64,000 bases of DNA from Anaerolineales bacterium (GCA_041736465.1 JBGSTO010000706.1:6588-70587); one strand, 5' to 3'; shown: positions 33,861 to 43,065, counted from the stretch's first letter. Made by a program: numbers and translations. Notes: generated by a model from the letters alone, not told the origin.

Positions 33861-34472
33861 TGTTGGGGAGCGTTCAGTTGGGTTCGCAACATCCCAAGTT
33901 ATAACACGACCTGTAATAACCTGGATATGGCATATGAGATCTTATATCATCCAAAAGCCAGTTCACGTGATTAAGTATTGGCAGGCGCATATATTGCCGC
34001 TGAGGTGGCTGCGCGTGCTACTCCCGTAGTGACTGCAGTTGTTGTAGGTTGTATCGAATTTGCTCCTGGGTGTGACGACGTGGTAATTGCGGCGGGAGAT
34101 GCAGTAATAAATCTGGCAGATGCTGCCAAAGGCCATGAGCAAGCACCTGAAGAAGGCTTACCTTCGCCGCCTGCACCTACGATGCCAGGGCCACCCTCAT
34201 ATCCATCTGCACCTCCAGGTTCTACAGGCGAATATGTGTCTCCCTATGGTTATCCAAACGATCCAACAAAATCTCCTGCTGATGGATTCAATTGGGAAGG
34301 ACGCGAAGACTCAACTCCTGGGAGTAGGCAATGAAATTGGTATAACAAAGAAACCGAAGAGTGGCTAAATTATGAACCTGATTCTCCATCTCACGGGTCC
34401 CACTTCGATTATGGAGATCCTTGGCACAGAAGATACCGTATATTCCCTGATGGGAGCATGGAACCAAAATGA
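33801..34472 (+). pseudogene. Orphan RHS/YD-type polymorphic-toxin C-terminal cassette with two in-frame stops
   Basis: A single reading frame carries ...FVDCNPIRYIDPSGH (the RHS core-end motif), a linker, a Pro-rich stretch, and then NWYNKETEEWLNYEPDSPSHGSHFDYGDPWHRRYRIFPDGSMEPK. The frame is interrupted by TAA at 33972-33974 and TGA at 34332-34334. No RHS/YD core lies upstream. The terminal TGA overlaps the ATG of the next ORF (ATGA). Confidence 0.55.
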
Positions 34473-35110
34473 GTCTTAGAATGAAGCCCTTTCATTTGGT
34501 GCAAAAAGAGGCAATTGAGTATATACAACAAGAGCTTTCGCTAGGGTGGAGCTTTTCCCAAAAGCTCCTTTGGGAGTTGGATTTTAGTAAAGGAGATGTG
34601 ATCACTTTTCTGCCAAGCTTCCTATCTGAATCCGACATATTGAACTTAAGAATCAGCGTTTTTAAAACCGCACAAATGAATTTTCGAGAAGACATTGAAA
34701 ATTTTATAGCTAAACGCGTGTATACATATTTAGCAAACATTCCTAACAGTTTTTTCATAACAGAAACTTTAATGTCAAAAGAGCCAGTTCCACCTAAAAG
34801 GCCGTTGAGAAACTATTTCTTACATGCCGCTCGCATCTACCTCTTTGCGGACAAATCTGGAAATACAGATGAGATAAAGTCGGTATTAATCCGTAGCCGA
34901 GACTACCCATTAATTACATGCCTAACGTCACTGTTGGATACAAAGTTACTGCTCAGGCCTGGAGATACCGTGAGCGATCAGCTTTTGCAAGAATTAGCAA
35001 AACGAACAGAGGCATTAATTATTGGGGCATATGATGCTGAAGCATTCATTATTTGGCGAAAGACGCACAGTGTCATCTCAGACTACCATATAAAAGGCGA
35101 ATCGAACTAA
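34469..35110 (+). CDS. Putative cognate immunity protein
   Basis: 213 aa, visibly AT-rich compared with its flanks. Its ATG 34469 overlaps the toxin-frame stop (ATGA). No recognisable domain. The assignment rests on position only. Confidence 0.5.
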   Translation: MSLRMKPFHLVQKEAIEYIQQELSLGWSFSQKLLWELDFSKGDVITFLPSFLSESDILNLRISVFKTAQMNFREDIENFIAKRVYTYLANIPNSFFITETLMSKEPVPPKRPLRNYFLHAARIYLFADKSGNTDEIKSVLIRSRDYPLITCLTSLLDTKLLLRPGDTVSDQLLQELAKRTEALIIGAYDAEAFIIWRKTHSVISDYHIKGESN

Positions 35111-35114
35111 GAAC

Positions 35115-35470
35115 TCATCCGAAACTAGCGATGTCGGCCAAGAAGCTGACACAAGCGAAAAGAACAAGGGAGAGCCAGTTGGATGATTTCTCGCACCAGC
35201 GGGTACGGATACTTCGTCTTCCAGCCAGCCAACCCAAGGTGCGCTCGACGACCCACCGTCTGGCCGGGAACTGGGTTTCGCACTGGATTGGGCAAGGGTC
35301 CGGTGGTTCGCCCCGCACCCCACCTTCCTACCACGCCTTTCGCTACTCACACGGGCCCTTCCCGAATGACATACATCATGATTCCGGTTGTAACCACCAA
35401 GTTGACACTACAGCCAAAGCGGGCTGCAGCGGCGCCGGCGCCATGGTCGCCAGCCCGAACAACGACAGTG
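35115..35470 (-). mobile_element. Degraded IS4/IS5-family (DDE_Tnp_1) transposase remnant
   Basis: The C-terminal motif ARRWVVERTLGWLAGRRSIRTRWCEKSSNWLSLVLFA is typical of IS5-family transposases. The upstream pieces (ERRGRKVG; TTGIMMYVI) lie in two other frames, so at least two frameshifts are present. The N-terminal catalytic part is absent. Confidence 0.6.
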
Positions 35471-35589
35471 CGTACGACCTTCACGCGAATAAGCCACCAG
35501 TCGAATGTATTTTTACGTACTGCTATGCAATCTTCGATAAGCATGAACATTTTCACGACGAAGGTATAATTGGTGCTGGAGAGGTAACG

Positions 35590-35973
35590 ATGCACAAACT
35601 GGTCATCCTGATCGAATCACTGCCGGATCAATCCGCCTTCGATGAATCCTGGCCTCAATTTTTACACGCCGCGGAGGGTATGCCCGGCTTGCTGAGCGAG
35701 TCCACCAGCCGGGTGGACACTTTTCTGTTTGGCAGTTATGCGGTGAGCATGGTGCATGAGTTGCATTTTGCCTCTGTTGAGGAGGCCAGGCAGGCGATGG
35801 CCTCACCGCAGGGCCGGTTGGCGGGACGCCTGCTGCAAGCGATGACCGGCGGCAAGGTTACCCTGTTCCTGGCGGATCATAAAGAAGATAACCTGGAAAA
35901 TATCCTTAAACACGGCGCCTCGACCCAGCCCGATACGCCCGCCGGCACAGATGCAGCCGAGGCCAGCGGCTAA
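35590..35973 (+). CDS. EthD-family (TIGR02118-like) protein
   Basis: ATG 35590 follows GGAGAGG. MHKLVILIESLPDQSAFDESWPQFLH...PGL...HELHFASVEEARQAMASPQG fits the EthD pattern. It is the only credible part of track ORF 35053..35973. Confidence 0.6.
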   Translation: MHKLVILIESLPDQSAFDESWPQFLHAAEGMPGLLSESTSRVDTFLFGSYAVSMVHELHFASVEEARQAMASPQGRLAGRLLQAMTGGKVTLFLADHKEDNLENILKHGASTQPDTPAGTDAAEASG

Positions 35974-35977
35974 CGGT

Positions 35978-36733
35978 ATGCGCTCCGGATGCTTACGCCT
36001 GGCTGCGGCAGGCCTGTTTGTGCTGCTGCTGGTGGGCGCCTATTGGTTCTATCGCGGCTTTCGCCCGGGGATGGCTGGTGGAGGGTTGGCAGGCGGCCTG
36101 ACGCGTTCAGGCAGGGTGGTTGCCTTCCTGCGTAGCCCCAATGAGCATGCAGATTGGAGTTGGCAGGCTGGCAGACGCTGCGCGTCTGCCCCGAACGGCG
36201 CGCCGGCGCCTTTCGTTCTGCCAACCAGCGGCTTTGCCGGCTATCTGTGGGATGATTCCTTCCGCCCAGGGCACCGCCACCAGGGGATCGATATCTTTGG
36301 CGGCAGCGATGTGGGCGTGACGCCCGTGCTGGCGGCGTATGCCGGGTACCTGACTCGCCTGGCAGACTGGAAATCCACCGTCATCATCCGCATCCCCGAC
36401 GATCCGCTGCAGCCGGGTCGCCAGATCTGGACGTATTACACCCATATGGCCGGTGCCCAGGGCAGTTCCACAATCGATGCCCGTTTTCCGCCGGGAACGA
36501 TCGAGCAATACGTGGAAGCCGGTACATTGCTGGGCTATCAAGGTAATTATTCCGGCGACCCCGGCAGCCCGGTTGGCGTGCACCTGCACTTTTCGATCGT
36601 GTTGGACGACGGCGCCGGGCGTTTCCGCAACGAGCTGGAGATCGCCAACACGCTCGATCCTTCCCCGTATTTGGGTCTGCCGCTGAACGCCGGCACCAAC
36701 CAGGATCAAATCCCCGTCTGCCCGGCTGAGTGA
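35978..36733 (+). CDS. M23-family (LytM-type) peptidoglycan endopeptidase
   Basis: HQGIDIFG, YYTHMAG and GVHLHFSI match the HxxxD...HxH motifs of M23. There is an N-terminal TM or signal helix. Confidence 0.8.
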   Translation: MRSGCLRLAAAGLFVLLLVGAYWFYRGFRPGMAGGGLAGGLTRSGRVVAFLRSPNEHADWSWQAGRRCASAPNGAPAPFVLPTSGFAGYLWDDSFRPGHRHQGIDIFGGSDVGVTPVLAAYAGYLTRLADWKSTVIIRIPDDPLQPGRQIWTYYTHMAGAQGSSTIDARFPPGTIEQYVEAGTLLGYQGNYSGDPGSPVGVHLHFSIVLDDGAGRFRNELEIANTLDPSPYLGLPLNAGTNQDQIPVCPAE

Positions 36734-36769
36734 AGGTCATATGACTGAGCTATCAAAGGCTGCGGCTGA

Positions 36770-36824
36770 CCTAACCCCCCATCCCCCTTCCCGATTCGGG
36801 AAGGGGGAGTAGAGGGGGTTAGGT
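36770..36824. terminator. Nested GC-rich palindrome between convergent genes (terminator or dispersed-repeat type)
   Basis: CCTAACCCCCC...GGGGGTTAGG forms the outer arms and CCCCTTCCC-GATTC-GGGAAGGGG the inner arms. Confidence 0.4.
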
Positions 36825-36833
36825 GGTGAACAA

Positions 36834-39113
36834 CTAGCCTTGCTGCAAACGCCAGTCCAGTGCGGTATGTCGCTGGGCGACGCGGTCGTTGCTAATCGCG
36901 ATGTGAACGGCCTTGCGGCTGCCGACCAGCACGCACAGCTTTTTGGCGCGGGTAACTGCGGTGTACAGCAGATTGCGCTGCAGCATCATGTAATGTGCGG
37001 TCACCAGGGGGATGACCACCGCCGGAAATTCCGAGCCCTGCGCTTTGTGCACAGAAACGGCGTAGGCGAGCACCAGTTGGTCGGCTTCGTTCCAGTCATA
37101 AACAGCATGGTGGTCGTCGAAACCGACTGTCATGGTGTGGTTGATGGGGTCAAAGCCGGTGACCGACCCGATATCCCCGTTGAAGACATCTTTATCGTAA
37201 TTGTTTTGTACCTGCATGACTTTATCGCCCAGGCGCAAGATCTGCCCGAACAGTTTTTTCTCTGCCTTGAGGGGAGAGGCCGGGTTGAGAACCGCCTGCA
37301 GGCGTTCGTTCAGTGCGGTGACGCCGGCAGGGCCGCGGTACATGGGCGCCAGCACCTGCACGTCCCGGCTTGGGTTTAACCCAAAGCGTTCCGGGATGCG
37401 CCGGCAAACCACTTCTTCGACCCACTCAGCCGCCTGCTCGGCTGCTTCGGCGGGGAACAAGAAAAAATCCAGGCTGTCTTTGGGAAACTCGGGCATTGCT
37501 CCGTGGTTGATGCGGTGGGCGTTATCGATGATATGCGAGCCGGCAGCCTGGCGGAAGATGGTGCTCAGGCGGATTACCGGCGCGACCTGGCTGCGGATGA
37601 TATCCCGGAGCACGTCGCCAGGCCCTACGGAGGGGAGCTGGTCTACGTCGCCGACCAGCAGCAGGTGCATCCCGGGCTGCAGGGCTTTTAGCAAATGGTA
37701 GAAAAGGCTCAGGTCCAGCATCGAAGTCTCGTCTACCACCAGGAAGTCTATCGCCAGCGGGTTTTCGGCATTGTGCTTGAAGCCTTCACCGGGAGAAAAG
37801 CCCAGCAGGCGGTGCAGCGTGCTGGCTGGATGCCCGGTGGCTTCGGAGAGGCGCTTGGCAGCCCGCCCGGTAGGAGACGCCAGGGCATAGCGCTTGCGCG
37901 CTTCCTCCAGCACCTGGATCAGCGCTTTGATGCAGGTGGTCTTGCCGGTGCCAGGTCCGCCGGTGAGAACGCTCACCGGGCTGCCTAAGGCGGTGCGGAT
38001 GGCTTGCTGCTGCTCAGGAGATAGGCTTGAATCTAACGGCAGCAGCGCGGGCGGCACATCGCTCAACCGGGAGGGGAAGGCGGCTGCCATAGCCCCCAGT
38101 TTTTCGGCTGCGCCGACCTCACTGTAGTACAGCGGGGTAAGGTATACGGCTGGGATTCCATACAGCGAGGCCGGTTCACCCACCGCTCCGGGCCGGGGTT
38201 CTGCAGGCTGATCTGCCAGCCCGCCTGCAGCATCGGACCTGGTTTGGGAAGCTTGATCTGCCGGCACGGCTTCTCGCCGTATGCGCTGCTGGTTTTCCAG
38301 CCGCGCCAGTGCGGGCGGGATCAGACCGGCCTCCACGCCCAACAAGGTCACTGCTTGCTCGGTCAGCGCTTCCGCCGGGGCGTACACATTGCCCTGCTCG
38401 CTGGTTTCATTGAGGCTGAAAACCAGCCCGGCTTCGATGCGCGATGGGTGGTCGTGCGGCAGACCCAATGCCTGTGCAATCCGATCTGCGGTCTTGAACC
38501 CGATCCCGTAAATATCGCGCGCCAGGCGGTAGGGGTCGCTTTGTACAATCGCCAGCGCCTGATCGCCGTACTGCTTGTAAATCTTCACTGCCAGGTTGGT
38601 GCTGATAGCGTGCCCATGCAGGAAGAGCATGATCTCTTTGACCTGGTGCTGTTCTTCCCAGGCTGCCGCGATCAAAGCGGCGCGATGCGGGCCGATATCC
38701 GGCACTTCCTCCAGCCGCTCCGGCTGCAGCTCGATCATCTGCAGCGTCTGTGCGCCAAAAAAGTCCACAATGCGCTCTGCCAGCTTGGGGCCAATCCCCT
38801 TGACCAGCCCAGATCCCAGGTAGCGACGAATGCCTGCCACCGTGGCGGGCAGGGTTTGCTCGCAGAATTCGACCTGAAACTGCTGTCCGTGCTTGGGATG
38901 GCTGAGCCAGTGGCCCTGAAGGCGCAGGTTTTCTCCCGGCGAAAGCTCCGGCAGGTTGCCGACTACTGTGACGAGGCCATCCCGGTTTTGTCCCGGGATG
39001 CGCAGGTTTCGCTCTGGGCCTGAGCGACCTTCGGGGCGCACGCGCAGCACGCTGTACCCATTTTCGGGGTTGTAGAAGGTGACGCGTTCTACTGAGCCGG
39101 ACAGCTCATCCAT
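36834..39113 (-). CDS. recD2: RecD2-type SF1 ATP-dependent DNA helicase
   Basis: N-terminal VERVTFYNPENGYSVLRV, helix-hairpin-helix region, Walker A LTGGPGTGKTT, Walker B FLVVDETSM, C-terminal YAVSVHKAQGSEF and LLYTAVTRAK. Confidence 0.9.
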   Translation of the reverse strand: MDELSGSVERVTFYNPENGYSVLRVRPEGRSGPERNLRIPGQNRDGLVTVVGNLPELSPGENLRLQGHWLSHPKHGQQFQVEFCEQTLPATVAGIRRYLGSGLVKGIGPKLAERIVDFFGAQTLQMIELQPERLEEVPDIGPHRAALIAAAWEEQHQVKEIMLFLHGHAISTNLAVKIYKQYGDQALAIVQSDPYRLARDIYGIGFKTADRIAQALGLPHDHPSRIEAGLVFSLNETSEQGNVYAPAEALTEQAVTLLGVEAGLIPPALARLENQQRIRREAVPADQASQTRSDAAGGLADQPAEPRPGAVGEPASLYGIPAVYLTPLYYSEVGAAEKLGAMAAAFPSRLSDVPPALLPLDSSLSPEQQQAIRTALGSPVSVLTGGPGTGKTTCIKALIQVLEEARKRYALASPTGRAAKRLSEATGHPASTLHRLLGFSPGEGFKHNAENPLAIDFLVVDETSMLDLSLFYHLLKALQPGMHLLLVGDVDQLPSVGPGDVLRDIIRSQVAPVIRLSTIFRQAAGSHIIDNAHRINHGAMPEFPKDSLDFFLFPAEAAEQAAEWVEEVVCRRIPERFGLNPSRDVQVLAPMYRGPAGVTALNERLQAVLNPASPLKAEKKLFGQILRLGDKVMQVQNNYDKDVFNGDIGSVTGFDPINHTMTVGFDDHHAVYDWNEADQLVLAYAVSVHKAQGSEFPAVVIPLVTAHYMMLQRNLLYTAVTRAKKLCVLVGSRKAVHIAISNDRVAQRHTALDWRLQQG

Positions 39114-39125
39114 TTCCTTGCAGTT

Positions 39126-40541
39126 CTAGGGCATTGGGTTAGAGGCAGCCCAATCGGTCCCCAAGATGATCACCACGTCGACCTGGCTGGTGGGATCATA
39201 ACGGCTGAACAGGCGTGTTGGCTGGATGCTCATCAATTCCATCAGGAACTTGAGCGTGTAGGGCTTGCCGGTGTAGTCGAAGATCGTGGTATTGGTATAC
39301 AGCTGCTCGGCGTTGCCAGCCTCCCCAACGGTCAGGCCCTGGCTCTGCAGGTACTCGCTGGTTCGGGCGGCAAGCCCGGCGGTGGATGATCCATTCAGGA
39401 TGGACAGGCGCGGCGCTTCCGCTTTTGCCAGATCAAGCGGGGGTTGGCTGCCTGCCAGCGGGCTGATCGGCTCGGAACCAAAGAAAACCTTATCCCGCGT
39501 CTCACGAATTTTGTCGGCGATTGGCTTCAGCACCTCGTCGCCTTCCACGGTGGTGACCAGCAGAACCTGATCCGGCGGGGCGATGACGCCGCGTTGGATA
39601 TTCTCTTCCGGAATTTGCTGTGCCAGCCAGGCGAGTTGGATGGCTTGTTCCAGCGATAGGTTGGTATTCACTCCGGAAGAAAGCTCCTGGTAGAGCTGCG
39701 GCGCCCTGGAAATCAAGACGGGCAGCATATCCAGGCTGACCAGGCGGTCGCGGATTGCCAGGATCACCTGCTGCTGGCGCTGGGCGCGATCGAAGTCGCC
39801 GCCTTCGGTCTTGCGCGCCCGGGCATACGCCAGGGCGAGGTCGCCGGGCAGCGTCTGCCGTCCGGGCTTGAGAGTTTTGGTGTTGTTGTCGCCCAGCGGG
39901 TCGACGGTGATGCTTTCGGGAATATCGAGCTTGACCCCATCGATCTCATCGATAAAGCGCACAAAAGCGCTGAAATCGATCTGGGCGTAGTAATCAATCG
40001 GCACGCCCAACAGCTCTTCGACGGTTACCATCGCCAGGCCTGGCCCGCCGCCTGGAACTTCATAGGCGACGCCAAGGCTGTAGGCGGTGTTGATGCGCCC
40101 ATATTCGAACCCCGGAACGTTTACCCACAGATCGCGCGGGATAGACAGCATTCCTGCTGTGCGTGACAGCGGATCCAAGGTCAAGAGGATCATTGTATCG
40201 GTGCGCGGCGCGCCGGTGCCTGCTTCCCAATCGCGGTAATCCAATCCCATCACCAGCACAGTCACCCGGCTGGCGCCGTCCCATGCTTCTGGTGTGGGCC
40301 CGCTGGGAGGCTGCAGCGGTGTCTGGGGGTTTTCGACAATCACTGCTCCTTCGGGCGTCGGTGTGGGTTCGACAATTGCAATACCGGGAAGTGAGGTAAG
40401 TTCCCACGATACCACCAGATCGCGTACCAGGATAAAAGTCAGCACACCGGCGATCACGGTGGCGATCAGGAAAGCGATGACTACTGCCAGCGTGAGCCGG
40501 CGGGTAGTCGGATTCTTAATTTCAGGTGTCATACGATCCAT
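39126..40541 (-). CDS. LCP (LytR-CpsA-Psr) family protein with a LytR_C-like C-terminal domain
   Basis: An N-terminal TM helix, then VLVMGLDYR...RTDTMILLTLDP...SIPRDLWV, the core LCP pattern. 13 nt separate it from recD2 downstream. Confidence 0.85.
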   Translation of the reverse strand: MDRMTPEIKNPTTRRLTLAVVIAFLIATVIAGVLTFILVRDLVVSWELTSLPGIAIVEPTPTPEGAVIVENPQTPLQPPSGPTPEAWDGASRVTVLVMGLDYRDWEAGTGAPRTDTMILLTLDPLSRTAGMLSIPRDLWVNVPGFEYGRINTAYSLGVAYEVPGGGPGLAMVTVEELLGVPIDYYAQIDFSAFVRFIDEIDGVKLDIPESITVDPLGDNNTKTLKPGRQTLPGDLALAYARARKTEGGDFDRAQRQQQVILAIRDRLVSLDMLPVLISRAPQLYQELSSGVNTNLSLEQAIQLAWLAQQIPEENIQRGVIAPPDQVLLVTTVEGDEVLKPIADKIRETRDKVFFGSEPISPLAGSQPPLDLAKAEAPRLSILNGSSTAGLAARTSEYLQSQGLTVGEAGNAEQLYTNTTIFDYTGKPYTLKFLMELMSIQPTRLFSRYDPTSQVDVVIILGTDWAASNPMP

Positions 40542-40560
40542 TTTCTAAGCCTTTTTGATT

Positions 40561-40652
40561 TGTCATTCTGAGGAGCGCAGCGACCGAAGAATCTAGATCC
40601 TTCGCTTCGCTCAGGATGACATCCTTGTGCGTGGCCAACGAAGTGCGACCAG
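40561..40652 (+). repeat. REP/MITE-like palindromic repeat, copy B
   Basis: TGTCATTCTGAGGAGCGCAGCGACCGAAGAATCTAGATCCTTCGCTTCGCTCAGGATGACATCCTTGTGCGTGGCCAACGAAGTGCGACCAG. It has an internal long inverted repeat plus a tail shared with copies A and C. Confidence 0.8.
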
Positions 40653-40790
40653 ATTATGGCAGCAGATTGCCTCCGCGGCCGGAATCTCCCCTTCGATAGG
40701 GGGTAAGGGGATTATAATGTCCGAGAGCGCCTCTGGCAAGCGAATAAGCCGCCAGCCATGGGCGCCCGCATTCGTGTTTTGAGCTGGATT

Positions 40791-42803
40791 ATGTCCTTAA
40801 TTACTGCTTCCAACCTGTCTCGTTCCTTCGGTGCAGTCGATATCTTCTCAGGCATCTCGCTGAGCATTCCCCACGGGGCCAGGATTGCCATCGTTGGGCC
40901 GAACGGCATCGGTAAAACCACGCTGATCCGCATACTGATCGCATTGGATGAACCCACGACCGGCAGCGTGCAGCGCGCACGAGGTCTGGGCATCGGCTAT
41001 CTACCTCAAGAGGCCGCTCTGCACGGCAGCCACAGCGTCTGGCAGGAGTGCCTTAATGCTGTGCAGGATCTTCTGGAGATGGAGACCGAGCTGTACGCTT
41101 TGGAAGCCGTCATGGGCAATCCGGGGCAAGCCGGTGAGGCGCTGGTGCGGTACAGCGGCTTGCAGGCAGAGTTTGAGCGGCGCGGCGGCTATACCTATGA
41201 AACGCGTATCCGCCAGGTGCTGACCGGTCTGGGTTTCGACGACAGCGACTATCAACGGCCAATTTCACAGCTATCCGGAGGGCAGCGCACCCGCCTGGTG
41301 CTGGCGCGCCTGCTGCTCTCCAATCCAGACCTTTTGGTGCTGGACGAGCCGACCAACCATTTGGATATCCAGGCGGTGGAGTGGCTGGAAGGATATCTCT
41401 CACAGTGGGCAGGGGCCGTGCTGATCGTCTCGCACGACCGCTACTTCCTTGACCAGGTCGTGGACCGGGTGTGGGAGATGCGCTCCGATGGATTGGAGGA
41501 ATACCGCGGTAATTATACCGCCTATGTCCAGCAGCGGCAGGAACGCTGGAGTCTGCGGCAGAAGCTGTTCGACTCGGAAAAAGAGCGGCTGCTCAAAGAG
41601 ATTGAGTATGTCAAGCGCAACATCTCGGGGCAGCGCACCCTGCAGGCCAAGGGCAAGCTGCGCCGCTTGAGCCGCGAAGTTGAGGCGATCGAGAGCCTGG
41701 GAATCGAAGGTGTGCATGGTCGCAGATGGCTGGAAATCAGCCAGGAGGCAGATATCTCTGCTCACACCTTGAGCGTGGCTGAGGTTGAACGGCGCATTCG
41801 CTCCCTGCGCCAGCCGTCGAACCGGCTGCCCCAGTTGAACTTGCACTTGAGAACATCGAACCGCTCGGGCGATCTGGTGCTGCGCACCTACGACCTTCAA
41901 ATTGGCTACCCGGATGAAGGCCAGCCGCTTTTTTATGTGCCCGACCTGGTGTTCAAGCGCGGCGAGTGCGCTGCGATTATTGGTCCCAACGGCGCCGGCA
42001 AAACCACCTTTTTGAAAACCCTGCTGGGCATGATGGAGCCGCTCGAGGGTAAGATTGCATTAGGCGCCAGCCTGGATGTGGCTTATTTTGCCCAGGCCCA
42101 CGAAGACCTTCACCCCGAGCGCACCCTGGTGCAGGAGATCGAGGTGGCGAGACCGAATATGCTGCTGGCGGAGATCCGCGATTACCTGGCGCGCTTCCTG
42201 TTCAGCGGAGAGCAAGTCTTCAAACCGGTGAGCACCTTGTCGGGCGGCGAGCGCGGCCGACTGGCGCTGGCCAAGCTCACCCTGAGCAATGCCAATTTGC
42301 TGCTGCTGGACGAGCCAACCAACCACCTGGATATCCCCTCACAGGAAATCTTGCAAGAAGCTATGGATGCCTACCAGGGCACGATTTTGCTGGTATCCCA
42401 CGACCGCTACCTGATCGATGCGCTGGCGACCCAGGTGTGGGCTATTGAGCCAGATGAAACCTTCATGCAGGTCTTCGAAGGCGATTACAGCCAGTATCGC
42501 GCCCTTAAAGAGGCCCAACGCGCCGCTGAGGTCAATGCTCGCCAGCAGCAAACCGTGCAGGCTGCTCGCCAGAAAACCCGGCCAAACGGCACCGCAGAAC
42601 AAAAGCGCCGGAAGGCTCGCCTGGCGCAGGTGGAGAGGCAGATTGCTGATCTGGAAGTGCGCCTGTCCGATCTGTCGACCAGATTGGAAAGCCCGCCGCC
42701 GGATTCCTTAAAAGTGCAGCAGTGGGGGGAAGACTACGTGCAGATCCAGAATGAAATCAATGCCCTGCTGGCTGAGTGGGAAACCCTGCATGAGCATAAC
42801 TGA
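40791..42803 (+). CDS. ABC-F family ATPase (two NBDs, no TMD, C-terminal coiled coil)
   Basis: There are two Walker A motifs (GPNGIGKTT, GPNGAGKTT), two signatures (LSGGQRTRL, LSGGERGRL) and two Walker B motifs (LLVLDEPTNHLD, LLLLDEPTNHLD). An inter-domain linker and a Lys/Arg/Gln-rich tail are present. I placed the start at ATG 40791. Confidence 0.9.
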   Translation: MSLITASNLSRSFGAVDIFSGISLSIPHGARIAIVGPNGIGKTTLIRILIALDEPTTGSVQRARGLGIGYLPQEAALHGSHSVWQECLNAVQDLLEMETELYALEAVMGNPGQAGEALVRYSGLQAEFERRGGYTYETRIRQVLTGLGFDDSDYQRPISQLSGGQRTRLVLARLLLSNPDLLVLDEPTNHLDIQAVEWLEGYLSQWAGAVLIVSHDRYFLDQVVDRVWEMRSDGLEEYRGNYTAYVQQRQERWSLRQKLFDSEKERLLKEIEYVKRNISGQRTLQAKGKLRRLSREVEAIESLGIEGVHGRRWLEISQEADISAHTLSVAEVERRIRSLRQPSNRLPQLNLHLRTSNRSGDLVLRTYDLQIGYPDEGQPLFYVPDLVFKRGECAAIIGPNGAGKTTFLKTLLGMMEPLEGKIALGASLDVAYFAQAHEDLHPERTLVQEIEVARPNMLLAEIRDYLARFLFSGEQVFKPVSTLSGGERGRLALAKLTLSNANLLLLDEPTNHLDIPSQEILQEAMDAYQGTILLVSHDRYLIDALATQVWAIEPDETFMQVFEGDYSQYRALKEAQRAAEVNARQQQTVQAARQKTRPNGTAEQKRRKARLAQVERQIADLEVRLSDLSTRLESPPPDSLKVQQWGEDYVQIQNEINALLAEWETLHEHN

Positions 42804-42847
42804 CCCGTGGATATGCCGTGATGTGCCGTGTAATCCTTATTTGATCA

Positions 42848-42961
42848 GTCATCCTGAGCGGAGCGAAGGATCTAGATCCTTCACTTCGTTCAGGATGACA
42901 TCCTTGTGCGTGGCCCACTACGTGCGAGCAGCTTTTGCGTGGCCCACGAAGCGCGAGGAGC
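42848..42961 (+). repeat. REP/MITE-like palindromic repeat, copy C (with duplicated tail)
   Basis: GTCATCCTGAGCGGAGCGAAGGATCTAGATCCTTCACTTCGTTCAGGATGACATCCTTGTGCGTGGCCCACTACGTGCGAGCAG, plus a second GCGTGGCCCACGAAGCGCGAGGAGC tail. Confidence 0.8.
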
Positions 42962-43065
42962 TTGTCCGCCTGCAATAGCTTCCGGCGGTTTGGCTGTCTT
43001 TCCGTAAACTTTACCCACCGCGGCGCTTAATTTTCCTCCAATCTTCTTCTGTTACAATCATTGCC

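Noticed and set aside
34332-34334. Reading the in-frame TGA in the toxin frame as selenocysteine or programmed readthrough
   Set aside because: I see no SECIS-like hairpin immediately downstream. A second in-frame stop in the same frame is TAA, which argues for simple nonsense decay.
35053-35973. A 306-aa plus-strand ORF
   Set aside because: It is a composite. Its first ~180 codons run antisense through the IS5-family transposase remnant and have a Pro/Arg/Ser-rich junk composition. Only the last 127 codons, from ATG 35590 with an RBS, resemble a real (EthD-like) protein.
40561-42961. Reading the repeated GTCATCCTGAGCG elements as a CRISPR array
   Set aside because: There are only three copies, tens of kb or 2 kb apart. 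Each is a long self-complementary hairpin of about 90-115 bp rather than a 25-40-bp repeat with regular spacers. No cas genes are present.
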